This document shows, piece by piece, positions 22,605 through 33,326 of a stretch of 33,326 nucleotides of DNA. The position numbers were made by a program, and so were the translations under genes. The DNA comes from Atractiella rhizophila (lineage: Eukaryota): assembly GCA_021432655.1 (NCBI GenBank), contig MU271312.1, forward strand, positions 62,986 to 96,311. The letters are read 5' to 3'. The notes beneath the pieces were generated by a model. It had not been told where the DNA came from, did not search any database, and saw nothing but the letters and a program-made list of their open reading frames with translations. Within the stretch, counting starts at the first letter, position 1, and each line of letters opens with the position of its first letter.

Positions 22605-22804
22605 AAAGTGCCCTAATATCAACATAAAATATCCAACTGAATACATAGGTCTATTGTTCGCTATTTACTGCCTCTATTATCTGACTGGCGATATTAAATA
22701 TCTCTGGCGATGCGCGCGTTTTTCTACAGTGAACATGGATATGTGCCTGCTTTTCCCTTAGTGAGGAACAGCCCATCTCAACTGCCGTGCCCAGAATCGA
22801 GGCC

Positions 22805-25110
22805 TCATCCGATCGAAATAGAAACGAGGGTAGACTGGAAATCAGCCAAAGTTGGAGACGAAGGTGTCGGAATTGTATTCCCATCTCGTTCGAGTGGGAG
22901 GCTCCGGAAGTCAGGGTGAGGTACCTGTTGGTTCTGCCCCTGAATCTCTCTCAATATGCCAGGAAAATGATCGAGCGTCGTCGTCTCGTCCCTGTTCTTT
23001 TATCCACAAATGTCATCACGAAATGTTGCCAATCAGCAGGCGGATTGAAAGGTACCTGTTTCAAAAAGGCTTCGTACTCGTTCAGCCAGTCTGCCGTCAT
23101 CCTCCCTTTGAACGAACGATGCTTCCATAATTTCACAATCCTACAGCACCGGTTTATCGACCATCAGCTACGTCTCATTCAAAATAGCAAAGGAAGACGG
23201 ACTCATCGAGTGTCTGCCTGCCCTCCGGATGTTTATCCCTCCACCTGGCCAACATCTTCCAACCTTCATGCAAGCCTAGGATCTGGACCTCTCTCACGAA
23301 ATAGCCTCTAAAGAACTCCACTCCACTCCGCCGGTCCTTCTCGGCCAAGAAGGCAGATGTGGCGAGGTATTGTGTAAAGTTGTCATCGCACCATTCTTCC
23401 AGTTTCTCCTGCAACCTTCTCATTGTTTGATTGTTGGGAAAGATGTCGAGCGCGTGGGAGACGAGGTACCATGCTCCATAAGTGTCCTCAATTGCATGCC
23501 TGTCTACTTGGAGGGAGAGTGAAGGATGTTCGGGTCCCCTTTTGGTTTCGTAAAGGACGAGTTTGGGCGAACTGGCGTCCTTAAAGACGGTTGGGGTGAA
23601 ATTCGCCGTCCTGAACTCTCGAAGACACCTTATTATTGTGAAGGTGTGACGGAAGGCTTCCTCTATCTCCCGCTCTCTTGTCGTTGGGTGAGAGAACAGC
23701 ACTTTGCCTATCAGAATGTCAGGAAGAAGCGAACGACGACAGATGTAGCAGAAGGACTTACTGAGAATGGCGACCTGCTTGCGGATCAACCAACAGGCAG
23801 TCCAGTACGCGTCCTCATATTTCGACCCTTCAAAAGAGGTAATGTTTTGAGTCGTCCAATGGAGTGGGTCAACGTAAAATAGTGGAGGGAGTGCTAGGAA
23901 TGCAGCGTATTTGGTTATGTCGGAGAGGGTTCTGTTACCATGATAAACTACTTAAATGAGCCGGCTAAACCAAACGGAAACAAACAGCAAAGATCGTCCC
24001 GATAAAAGATGACTCTCAACATCAGCCATCTTCCTTCCTAACGTCAATAAGTGATCTCAAAAGCAACAAAGGACGGACCCAAAGACTCTCAAAGTACTTT
24101 GTGACCAAAGACCTCCTGCCCTCCGTCGACTCCCGCTCATACAAGTCCTCAAACACCTCCTTTGCAATCCCAAACAGCTCCAAGGTACGCTCAGCGGGGT
24201 GATCGAACCTAGTGATGAGGTCCAGAAGCGCAAATATGATGGACAAGCTCTCCCTCCTCCGCTCCCTCAGCGGTGAGTCTGGCGAGGTCGCGAGCTCGAA
24301 GCAGTTCGCGATCAGCCGTTTGTAAGCCGTGTGACGCGCTCTGCCCTGCGCACGCAGGTCCAGCGGTCCCACAGGAGATGTGAGCGCATCTATGGGCTCA
24401 CGGACCAGTGCCGAGCGTCCCAGGATAGCCTGCACACAACACGTTGGTCAATGAAGGATAAGAAGGGACGGACGAACGGAATGGTTAGAGTACTCCACCC
24501 CTTTGACAAGTGCCAGAGCCATCCAGACCTATAAACTCACGGGCCATCAATTCCATCGCGTGGTATCTCCACTCCTCTGGAAGGAATGAAGGATAACGCT
24601 TACATTCCCGTAAGGTCCTTGCGGCACGCCAAAATACGCCAAATCGTAAAAGACGCCTTTTTCTCCTTTGGAAGCCCCAAAAGAGAGATACTGCAAGTGA
24701 TCGGGGAGATAGCGCATGGAAATGGTGACCAGATGTCTTTTAAGAGAAGACACAAGCTGTGTTTGACCTAGAACGGCGTCCGTCGACGACTCTCCAAGAT
24801 TGTGAGTTAAACCATCAACCGAGTCATGGGAGAAGGCGCCGTGGTGCGTAAAGCTCACGTCTGCTCCCCTCTTTCGAACTGTTCGCGGGTCCTGACTTTG
24901 ATGTAAGACCTGTCGCCCAGCGCGATGTCGTTTCGACCGACCCCTTGTGCTTTCAGTGCGAGCCAACGCTCGTCGGAGCTCGGAAGTGGAGGAGAAAGCG
25001 ACGCTTTTGTCTGGGATCGTTATCCTGGTCCAACACCTTTTCAGTTTCTCTTGTCCTTAGGGGACGGAGGAGGGCAAAAACGTACCCAGTCCCGAAATCA
25101 CCTTTCCTGT
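22805..25110 (-). CDS. Multi-exon protein of unknown family, paralogue A (5' end uncertain)
   Basis: Shares blocks and intron positions with the gene at 31058-33326: RKGDFGTG|intron, TQLxxSLKxHL, GVPQxxYG, LDLRAQGxARH, ALxxFPxN, IVxLWKHR...AxWxxxYEAF, terminal TPxSPxLxDF. Stop TGA 22805-22807. Confidence 0.68.
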
Positions 25111-25878
25111 GCGACGAACGAGCGCTGATGCCTATCCGCACCGTGAATTTACAGCTATCCCTCCATATCAGTCAAGAAAAGTCGAGGAGACAACAATTGG
25201 TTGGTGAGCTTGTCAATTTCCTGTTTTATTTCTATTTTTGTAGACTCTTCTCGCGTTTGCAAGCCTTCTAAGGTTTACTCCAAGGTTATAGCAGAATACG
25301 AATTGAAAGTGCTATAGTGGATAAATTTGGATAAACTCGTTCAGGTTGTGACTTTCACCCGATCGAAGGAAGAAGCAGCAGTAACATTCGGACCTGAGCC
25401 TTCCCGAAAGCATACGCTTTGAATTACACATCACGCCACGCCACAACACCACAACAAGACAATGCAGCGCGAACGAAAGATATCATTTAATAAATTAAAG
25501 AACGGGAAGAGCGTACGCGGAGTTGGTCCTCCTGCACTCCCGACAAACGACCTCTCCGAACCGCTTCACACATCTCGCTCCGACCTCTTGACAACGCGAA
25601 CAGCTCTCCATTCTCCATTCCCTTGGCTCAGCCTTACAATGAGCCCAAACTTACTTCTCCAGCAAGGTAAGAGCTTTGCTCGTCTGTACGAGCGTGTATG
25701 GTCGATGTATCCTTTGGACAGTCTATTTCAAATTGCAGGTTCCCGATTATCACGCAGGAGCAGCGGGAGCGATTATTACAAAGAGAGTTTCCATCTAGAA
25801 GAGAAAAGAAAGGAGTACGAAGGAGAGCGGCTGAGGGTTGCAGAGCAGCAAGGCAAGCCCATACTTTAACTTTGCCTC

Positions 25879-26511
25879 ATGTCATGGAGTAATCCTTACA
25901 GTGGCAGTCAAACATCAGACATCAAATGGACTCTCAAGTTCTGGAATCATCCGATTCGGATGGAGAGGACCAAGTTCAGCAAGAGCGAAGTAGGTCGCCA
26001 CCAATCCACTCCAACAAACGCAGTCACTAACTCGCGGATACTACTAGTAAACCAACTAGAAAAAGAATGGGACGTCCTCAACCAACTGACCGACCAAACG
26101 ATGTTCCATCCCACACTGCTCGACAGGGCCTCGGCCGCACTCGAGGTTCGCAAGTTGTGCTCGATCGCCTGTCAGCTTTGGCTGTGGCGTTCGAAGCAGC
26201 TGAAGAGGGAAATGAAGATGTTGGAGAGGGAGAGGGATCAGTTGTGGGAGGAGTACGAGCTTTTGGACTCTCAACTCGTGCAGAAAGAGGAGGAGGAGGA
26301 GTTGGACGACCCGCGTGAGGATTTTACTGAGGGGGATGAGGACAGATATGAACGCCGCGACATGTTGGCGGGGGTCTTGAAAGAGACCGATGACAAACTA
26401 GTCCGGGTTAAAGCGATGTTGGTTGACTGTGAGGTCCGGTTCGAGAGGGTGAATCAACGGATGGAGTTGTTGGATTCGACTACTAGCATGGCCTACGAAA
26501 ACCTGCTTTAA
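25879..26511 (+). CDS. Hypothetical acidic coiled-coil protein (upstream exons from ~25639 likely but unresolved)
   Basis: 210-codon ORF with E/K/L/R heptad-like composition; upstream ATG at 25639 followed by a GTAAGA donor. Confidence 0.55.
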   Translation: MSWSNPYSGSQTSDIKWTLKFWNHPIRMERTKFSKSEVGRHQSTPTNAVTNSRILLVNQLEKEWDVLNQLTDQTMFHPTLLDRASAALEVRKLCSIACQLWLWRSKQLKREMKMLERERDQLWEEYELLDSQLVQKEEEEELDDPREDFTEGDEDRYERRDMLAGVLKETDDKLVRVKAMLVDCEVRFERVNQRMELLDSTTSMAYENLL

Positions 26512-26666
26512 TGCGCTATTGACGATTTGGCATGTACTGTAAGTTTTGAAATAACAGGTGTAACAATCACGTGAGGAAGGAATGTGACTCCTCATCCCAG
26601 CGCCGCTTTTGTTCTCGTTCACGTGTTTATTTGCAATCCCGAAATAACAAACGCAACGCGAGAAGG

Positions 26667-26673
26667 TATAAAA
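26667..26673 (+). promoter_or_regulatory. TATA box, aminopeptidase copy 1
   Basis: TATAAAA 73 nt upstream of the ATG; the same GTATAAAAG precedes copy 2. Confidence 0.6.
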
Positions 26674-26739
26674 GACCGACGTCCCTCTCATCGCTCATAC
26701 CACTAGTTAACTAGCAACTGTGGTTATTAGGCGTACAGC

Positions 26740-28456
26740 ATGCTCTCACTCCTCCTCCCCCTTCTCACGCCCTCGCTCGCCTCTCCCACTCCGCCAACCC
26801 AACTCCCTCTCTCCCTCTCCGGCACCTCCCACGCAACCCTCCACGCCCTCGGCCACTCTCCTGCCTCCATCCTCTCTTCCCCGGACCTCCTCCACTCCCT
26901 CGCGTCCGATCCGGCCATCGACGTTGTCGACCTCCACGACTTCCTCTTCCCCGAGCAGGCCCATCTCCTCCAGGAGAGCAGGAGGCTCAGGGTGTTGGGT
27001 GCGCCGTTGGACGAGGTCTGGGATGCGACGGAGGGCGAGAAGTGGAGGCTGAACAGGGCTGGAGTCAAGGTGGCCGATGTTACGGGGTTCGAGGGCCTCA
27101 AGTTTAACGGGGCCAGTGCTGGAGATGAGGGTATCTGTCTCCTTTCACCGTCAAATCATAACCAAAATGAGGAGGAGTGCAGGACCAGAACTCCCTCCCA
27201 TCAAGCACGCTTATCAAGTCAGAGGGACGATCGCTACACTCAAGAAGGACAACTTGAACAGCACCCTCACAACTCTCACGTCATTCCACAACCGATACTT
27301 TAACGCTGAGACCGGAAAGCAGAGTGCCCTCTGGATCTACCACCACGTCCTCGACGTTTGTCCCCTCCTCCCTCTTCCTCCAACCCCAAAGCTCTCAACT
27401 CTAACAAGCTGAACAATAGATCGCCTCCCGCGCACCGTACGGCACACCGCTCAGCATTCAGCTCTTCAACCATCCCTTCCGGCAACCCTCAGTCATCGCC
27501 CGCTTCGAAGCCCCCAAAACCCTTCCCTCCACCCAGGACACGGTGGTGATTGGAGCGCACCAGGACAGCATGAACTATCTCTTCCCTCTCCTCCCTGCCC
27601 CGGGTGCGGACGACGACGGATCTGGGACGGTCTCCATCTTGGAGGCTTTCAGGGCGCTCGCAGAGGGTGGGTTCACGCCCGAGAAACCGGTCGAGTTTCA
27701 TTGGTGCGTTTTTCTTCTTTTGCTGTTTGTTTTGAGAAATATTGATGGAATGTGTGGTGTGGGCATAGGTATGCGGCTGAAGAAGGAGGTCTCTTGGGTA
27801 GCAGAGAGATTGTGAAATCCTTCGTCGAAGCCAACCGGTCCATCGCAGGCATGCTCCAATTCGTAAGTCGCCGCATACTCTCTATTTCTTCTGCCTATAA
27901 ATATCTATTTCAACCTTTCGTTACTGATGCTTCGAAACAGGATATGACCGCCTATGTCGGAGCGAACAAGGATTACACGCCAGCAGTAACGCTCATCACG
28001 TCCGATGCCACCAAGGGATTGACAGAGTGGACGATGGAGTTGGCGAGAAGGTATTGCGCTTTGGATGTCCAGGGTGCTATCTTGCCGTACGTTATCGTCC
28101 CTCTCTTTCGAATCCTCATAGTCTGACCGGCTCCTCTTTCCTATCTGTTCGGATATAGACCTGGAGCAGGAAGTGACCACATGTCATGGTACGCAGCAGG
28201 ATACCCAGCCGCCTTCGCATCTGAGGTTCGTTCCTTCCCTCTCCTCCCTCTTCGTCAGCACATTTTGACACTCGCCATGAATTGATGGGAACAGGGAGAT
28301 CCGAACGTTGAAGACGCTTTCGATCCCTACGTCCACACCGTCGACGACAGAATGGACCTTCCTGGAAAGGTTTTCTCCTTCGACCATGCCCTCGAGTTCT
28401 CAAAGCTCGCTGTGGCTTTCGCTATTGAACTGGGGGGCTGGACGCCTTGGAGGTGA
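26740..28456 (+). CDS. Secreted leucine aminopeptidase, peptidase family M28, copy 1
   Basis: Signal peptide; [61 protein letters not shown] (Zn ligands and catalytic Glu present); ends ELGGWTPWR*. Confidence 0.95.
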
Positions 28457-29172
28457 GAGGAGGTGGCTCCTTCCACCAACCGAGTGTAGACAGAACATCT
28501 GGTTTCTAGTTAATGTATGTCAGCTGGTCATTTGCGACAACTGACATGGTCAGTAATCCTAACATGATGGCTCCGTGTTCGTAACGTTCACGTGTTCTGA
28601 TCTAAGAGCACTGGCTAGCTGTCAGTGGACAAATTCCGGCGTCGTTCTACAAGGTCCCTTGAGCTCAACCAACTACGACAGCAAAAGTGAACGGGCAATT
28701 GCGCAACATGTCGTGCTCTCCCTCATGAACTGTGACGGAGAGGTAGTATTCAAATTGGGAGAAACAGAGTGCTATTACAATTTTACCTGATTGATGCATT
28801 TGTCAGGTTGTCGTTTCCTCCCTGACAAACCGCCTTCGCAATTCAGCAATTCACGCCGTCCAGTTCGATGTCAGCCGAATCTAGCGGAGTGACGCCTTGG
28901 TGGATGAAGATGAAGCTTTGGTGGGGGACGGTTTAGTTGAAAGCTCAAAGTTTGGCGGAGGGTCCCGCTAGTTCCCCTCCTTCTCCATCCTACCTTCGGC
29001 CCGCTCGAGTTCGAACCAGGCTTCAAACCTTCGTTAATCCAAGAGCTGCTCTTTAGACCAAGCAGTGGATAGACCCACTTCCTCGACTACCTGTCCCGCC
29101 AGCACCACCCACTCCGCCGTGCCCTTCAGTATTGTGACTCTGCCTTCCCCCGTACCGACAAACATCTGGACG

Positions 29173-29179
29173 TATAAAA
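29173..29179 (+). promoter_or_regulatory. TATA box, aminopeptidase copy 2
   Basis: TATAAAA 55 nt upstream of ATG 29228. Confidence 0.6.
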
Positions 29180-29227
29180 GGTCCACCCATTCACTCGCCT
29201 TCAGCCCCATAGTGTTGTTTTTACAGG

Positions 29228-30941
29228 ATGCTATCCCTCCTACTGCCCTTGCTCGCCTCATCCCTTGCCTCTCCGACTCCACCTGCACAACTCCCCCTCT
29301 CCCTCGACGGCATTTCTCACGCCTCCCTCCAGTCCCTAGGTATATCTCCCTCACTCGTATTCTCCTCGCCGGAGCTCCTCCACACCCTCGCATCGAATCC
29401 AGCGATAGACCCCGTCGACTTGCACGACTTCCTCTTCCCCGAGCGCGCACACGTCTTGCGAGAGAGCAGGAGGCTCAGGGTGTTGGGTGCACCGTTGGAC
29501 GAGGTCTGGGATGCGACTGAGGGAGACAAGTTGAGATTGCGCAGGGCTGGGTGAAAGTGGCGGATGTGACGGGGTACGAGGGATTGAGGTTTCATCGCGA
29601 TGGAGAAGATGGTATTTTGTCTTTCTTGTCACTTCTGGATATTGATGAGACCACTGGCGTTGATTGGCTTTTGGACCAGAGCCGGAACTCCCTCCCATCA
29701 AACATGCCTATCAAGTCAGGGGAACTATCGCCACGCTCAAGAAGGAGAATCTGAATAGCACCCTCGCAACCCTTACGTCCTTCCACAACCGATACTTTAA
29801 CGCGGAAACCGGAAAGCAAAGCGCCTTCTGGATCTACCACCATGTCCTCCAGGTCTGTCTCTCCATCTTCCTCTTCCTCCAACTCCGATATCTTCTAATG
29901 CTGAAAGTCTGGGGAAGATCGCCTCGCGCGCACCGTACGGCACGCCGCTCAGTGTCAGTCTATTCAACCACGGTTTCCGTCAACCATCCGTCATAGCACG
30001 TTTCGAAGCCCACAGTCGCTGCCTTCCACCCAGGAGACGGTTGTGATTGGAGCGCATCAAGACAGTATGAACTACCTCTTTCCTCTGCTCCCCGCCCCGG
30101 GAGCGGACGATGACGGATCGGGGACGGTGTCCATCCTTGAGGCTTTTAGAGCTCTTGCCGACGGTGGATTCACGCCTGAGAAGCCAGTCGAATTTCATTG
30201 GTTAGTCTGTGTTTCCGCGTTTCTGGCCTCCTGGTTGGGAAAGACAGATGAATTCAATTTGACGTGACGTCCTGAACAGGTATGCGGGGGAGGAAGGAGG
30301 GCTTTTGGGTAGTCGAGAGGTAGTCAAGTCCTTCGTGGAGGCGAATCGGTCCATTGCTGGTATGCTACAATTCGTGCGTCTGTGAATCCATAACCTCTGC
30401 TTCTGCATAACCTCGTTCTCGGTAGGACATGACCGCTTACGTTGGAGCGAACAAAGATTATACCCCGGCAGTAACCCTCATCACGTCGGATGCGACAAAG
30501 GGTCTCACCGATTGGACGATGGAGTTGGCGAAGAGGTATTGCTCCTTGGATGTCCAGGCTGCCGTGTTGCCGTGCGTCCTTTCTTTCTCGCTCGGATTCA
30601 CGTTCGAGACGTCGTGACTTGATTTCTTGTTTCTACTGGGAAAATAGGCCCAACTCGGGAAGCGACCACATGTCATGGTATGCAGCAGGGTATCCGGCCG
30701 CGTTCGCGTCAGAAGTTCGTCTCTCTTCCCTCCCAACCAGCTGATTCGAAAACGGATCTTCTGATCATAACGTGAACAGGGAGATCCAAACGTCAAAGAT
30801 GCCTTCGACCCCTATATACACACTGTCAACGACCGCATGGACCTGCCCGGAAAGGTCTTTTCCCTCGATCACGCACTCGAGTTCTCCAAACTGGCAGTAG
30901 CCTTTGCGATCGAACTTGGAGGTTGGACGCCATGGAGATGA
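29228..30941 (+). CDS. Leucine aminopeptidase M28, copy 2, with two apparent 1-nt frameshifts (sequencing errors or very recent pseudogene)
   Basis: Same exon structure and all catalytic motifs as copy 1. A G is missing at 29549-29551 (GCTGGGTGA vs AGV in copy 1) and a C is missing at 30009-30011. Confidence 0.85.
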
Positions 30942-31057
30942 GGCATGGTCCGTAGGTATTCCGCTGTAATAAATATTTTCTGCAACAGGGTGATTGGGAG
31001 CTTTGAGCATGAGGTCTCATTGGGCGCACTGATGTAAGGTACCTCGTCTGAGCAATC

Positions 31058-33326
31058 CTAGTGGTTTGCCGCTGTCTGTGGTCGAAGGAGTGACTGGATA
31101 GTGTGGTTGAAATCTTGAAGTTTGGGAGACGGTGGCGTTAGCTCGTCCGTTTCTCCCTCGATCACTTCAACTTGCTCAAGGTTCGATACAGGCTGCAGAC
31201 GTGTTATTCGTTGAATGATTGTGGAACAAACAAGGGGCAAGAGAGACCCACTTCCTCTACTTCCTGTCCTGCGACAAACGCCTCGTACGCATCCACCCAC
31301 TCCGCCGTGCTCTTTCCAGTGTAAGCTCTGTGCTTCCAAAGTCTCACAATCCTTATCCCTTTTCAATGCCTCGATCACAATCCAAGATGAGGAGATTGAC
31401 AAACCTGCGTAATGCGTCGTTGAGCTCCGGGTGTGCTTTCTTCCATTCAGAGAGAAACCACGCTCCATCTTCCAGAGTGATGATATCGGTGAAGAAGAAG
31501 AATTCTCCATCGAACAGAGCCTTGTTCGACGCTCTATCTCTCGCTGCAAACAACTCTAAATTCTGGACAGATCTCGTTAAAACTTCATAGAAGATTTCTT
31601 CCAGCAGCTGCTTGAGTCGTTGCAAACTCTCATTCTGGGGAAAAAGTTCTAAAGCGCGTAATGATCGGCGATAACCTCGGTAGCATGGCAGGAGGAAGAA
31701 ACATTGAATGTTGAGTGATGTACGATATCGTTCTGGTCCATGTGCGCTGGAGTAGAGGATAAAAGAGGAGCTTGCGAGAGAAGGATCGAAGAGAGAGTAG
31801 GGATGGAAGGTGAAATGGTCTCTGCGGAAGGTACGGAAAGCATTGACGAGCGCATACGCTCGCTTCACATCAGCCACCACGTCAGCTTCCATCATCCCAA
31901 TGTACGTCTTTCTATCTGCGAGTTATCAGCCCGTTAGAAGAATCACACTTGAATTCAAGAGAAGGACGGCGCACCGCACTGGGGAACAAGAGCACGGACA
32001 AGATAAAGATTGGTCCAGTAGGCATCTTCGAAGTCAGCCTTGCTCAGGACTGATGTATCCGCGCTGAAGAGGTGCAAAGGGTCGAAATAGTATTCCAAAT
32101 CGACTGGCAAGTAGGGATGACACTTCCGTATCAACCTCTCTGTCCTGAAAAGATTGTCATTGCGGAGCCTAGGATGCAATGGAAGACAAGTACAGTTGTG
32201 CCTCACGGCCTTGTGAACGCTGTTTGATATCTTCCACCTATTATATAAGCTCATCAGTGTGGGGAAGGGTAAAGAAGAAAGCACGACACCCAAAGAGCTT
32301 CGAAGAACCTATCCACATATTCTCTTCTCATCCCTTCATCCTGCAATAGAGTCTCAAATGCAACGACAGCCAAACTCAACAATTCCTTAGCGTCTTCAGG
32401 GGGATAAACGATATGGGATATCGTGGAAAGAATGGCCAGCGATACTGAAAGGCTCTTCGCCGTCCTCTGCCTTAAAGGAGAGGAGTGAGAGACGGCAAGG
32501 GCAAAACAATCGGCGGTTAGCTGACTACGGACAAAGTGCCGCGCTTTCCCTTGAGCCCGCAGGTCGAGAATCTCTTCGTTCGCGCCAGTAGGGATGGAAG
32601 GGAGGGATTTTGACGCAAGAACTGCCTGTTCCTCGTCGTGTTGGAGAAAGCGCATGAGAACAGAGACAGACGTACGGAGTGCGACGATAATTCACTGCCT
32701 TTTGCCAAAGCCAGAGCCATCCATATCTAATAAAGTGTTAAAACGCTTACCAATGGAGGGAGGAAAACCAAGAACCTCTCCATAATCTGCCTGAGGAACT
32801 CCGTGCTGCACTAACTCATAATAGATATCGTCGCGAGTAGCAGCCGCCCCTCCCGCCAAATGAATGAGCAAGGAAGGCAATGAGGTCACTGAGACACCGA
32901 TGAGATGTATTTTCAAAGAAGTGGCTAGTTGAGTAAGGCTTAATCGAGATGTGAGAGAAAATTCGCCAGGGTATTGATTAGAAGTGACAAGAGCGTTGGT
33001 GTATTCGGAAATAAGTTGAGGGCTTGCTGCTCTGTGATTGACCCGTCTCCTGGTTTGGAAGTGAACATTAGACCGTTTCGAGCCGCGGGACGCTTTCTGG
33101 ATGGCATCCTGAAGCTCGCTCGTGGAAGTGAATGTTTGGTGATCTTCAGGAAGCTGGACACTGAAACAACGCAAGCAGTGAGCTTCGAAACACCTTCGAG
33201 AAAGAGTTCATGTACCCAGTTCCGAAGTCTCCTTTGCGTAAGGAAGGTTTCTTTGACGGAGTTTGACGAACTTTTCGCTTCTGCACGACAAAGTTGCACC
33301 TTCACCCAACGTGGCATCGCTCAGTA
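31058..33326 (-). CDS. Multi-exon protein of unknown family, paralogue B (5' end near or beyond the window edge)
   Basis: ORF pieces 32692-33174, 32254-32655, 31353-31895 and a terminal exon ending TAG 31058; block-wise similarity to paralogue A. Confidence 0.68.

Larger units (their letters stand above)
14680..22760 (+). repeat. Direct tandem duplication of ~4 kb: unit 1 at ~14680-18745, unit 2 at 18777-22760, separated by an A-tract
   Basis: Same gene order and alignable sequence in both units. 18431-18745 is identical to 22446-22760 (offset 4015), while the left parts are clearly diverged. Confidence 0.95.

Noticed and set aside
28995..29025. GTTCGAAC B-box / tRNA T-loop-like motif
   Set aside because: No T-stem pairing on either strand and no cloverleaf.

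Overview
Gene-dense, intron-rich fungal DNA (introns mostly ~50 nt, GT-AG, CTRAY-like branch points). It is most likely from a basidiomycete (inference). Genes, left to right: an unknown multi-exon gene (-), an FAD-dependent oxidoreductase (+), mitochondrial ribosomal protein S16 with a probable 724-nt intron and long C-terminal tail (-), FMC1 (+), a pepsin-like aspartic protease (+) and GPC1 (-). Next comes a ~4-kb tandem duplication joined by an A32 tract; each unit holds a Ser-rich Zn-ribbon gene (truncated in unit 2), an RS-repeat F-box gene and a divergent queuosine-salvage-like gene. The right end has two paralogues of an unknown family flanking a coiled-coil gene and two tandem M28 aminopeptidases. 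The most striking observation concerns positions 1 to ~1300, which carry no credible gene in any of the six normal frames. Read backwards WITHOUT complementing, they spell a near-complete cutinase-like (CE5) gene with five clean introns and an intact Ser-Asp-His triad. No known biochemistry copies DNA this way, so the block is almost certainly reversed or complemented in silico. Three homopolymer frameshifts and the poly-A junction also point to assembly problems. All exon calls were made by eye and no database searches were run.
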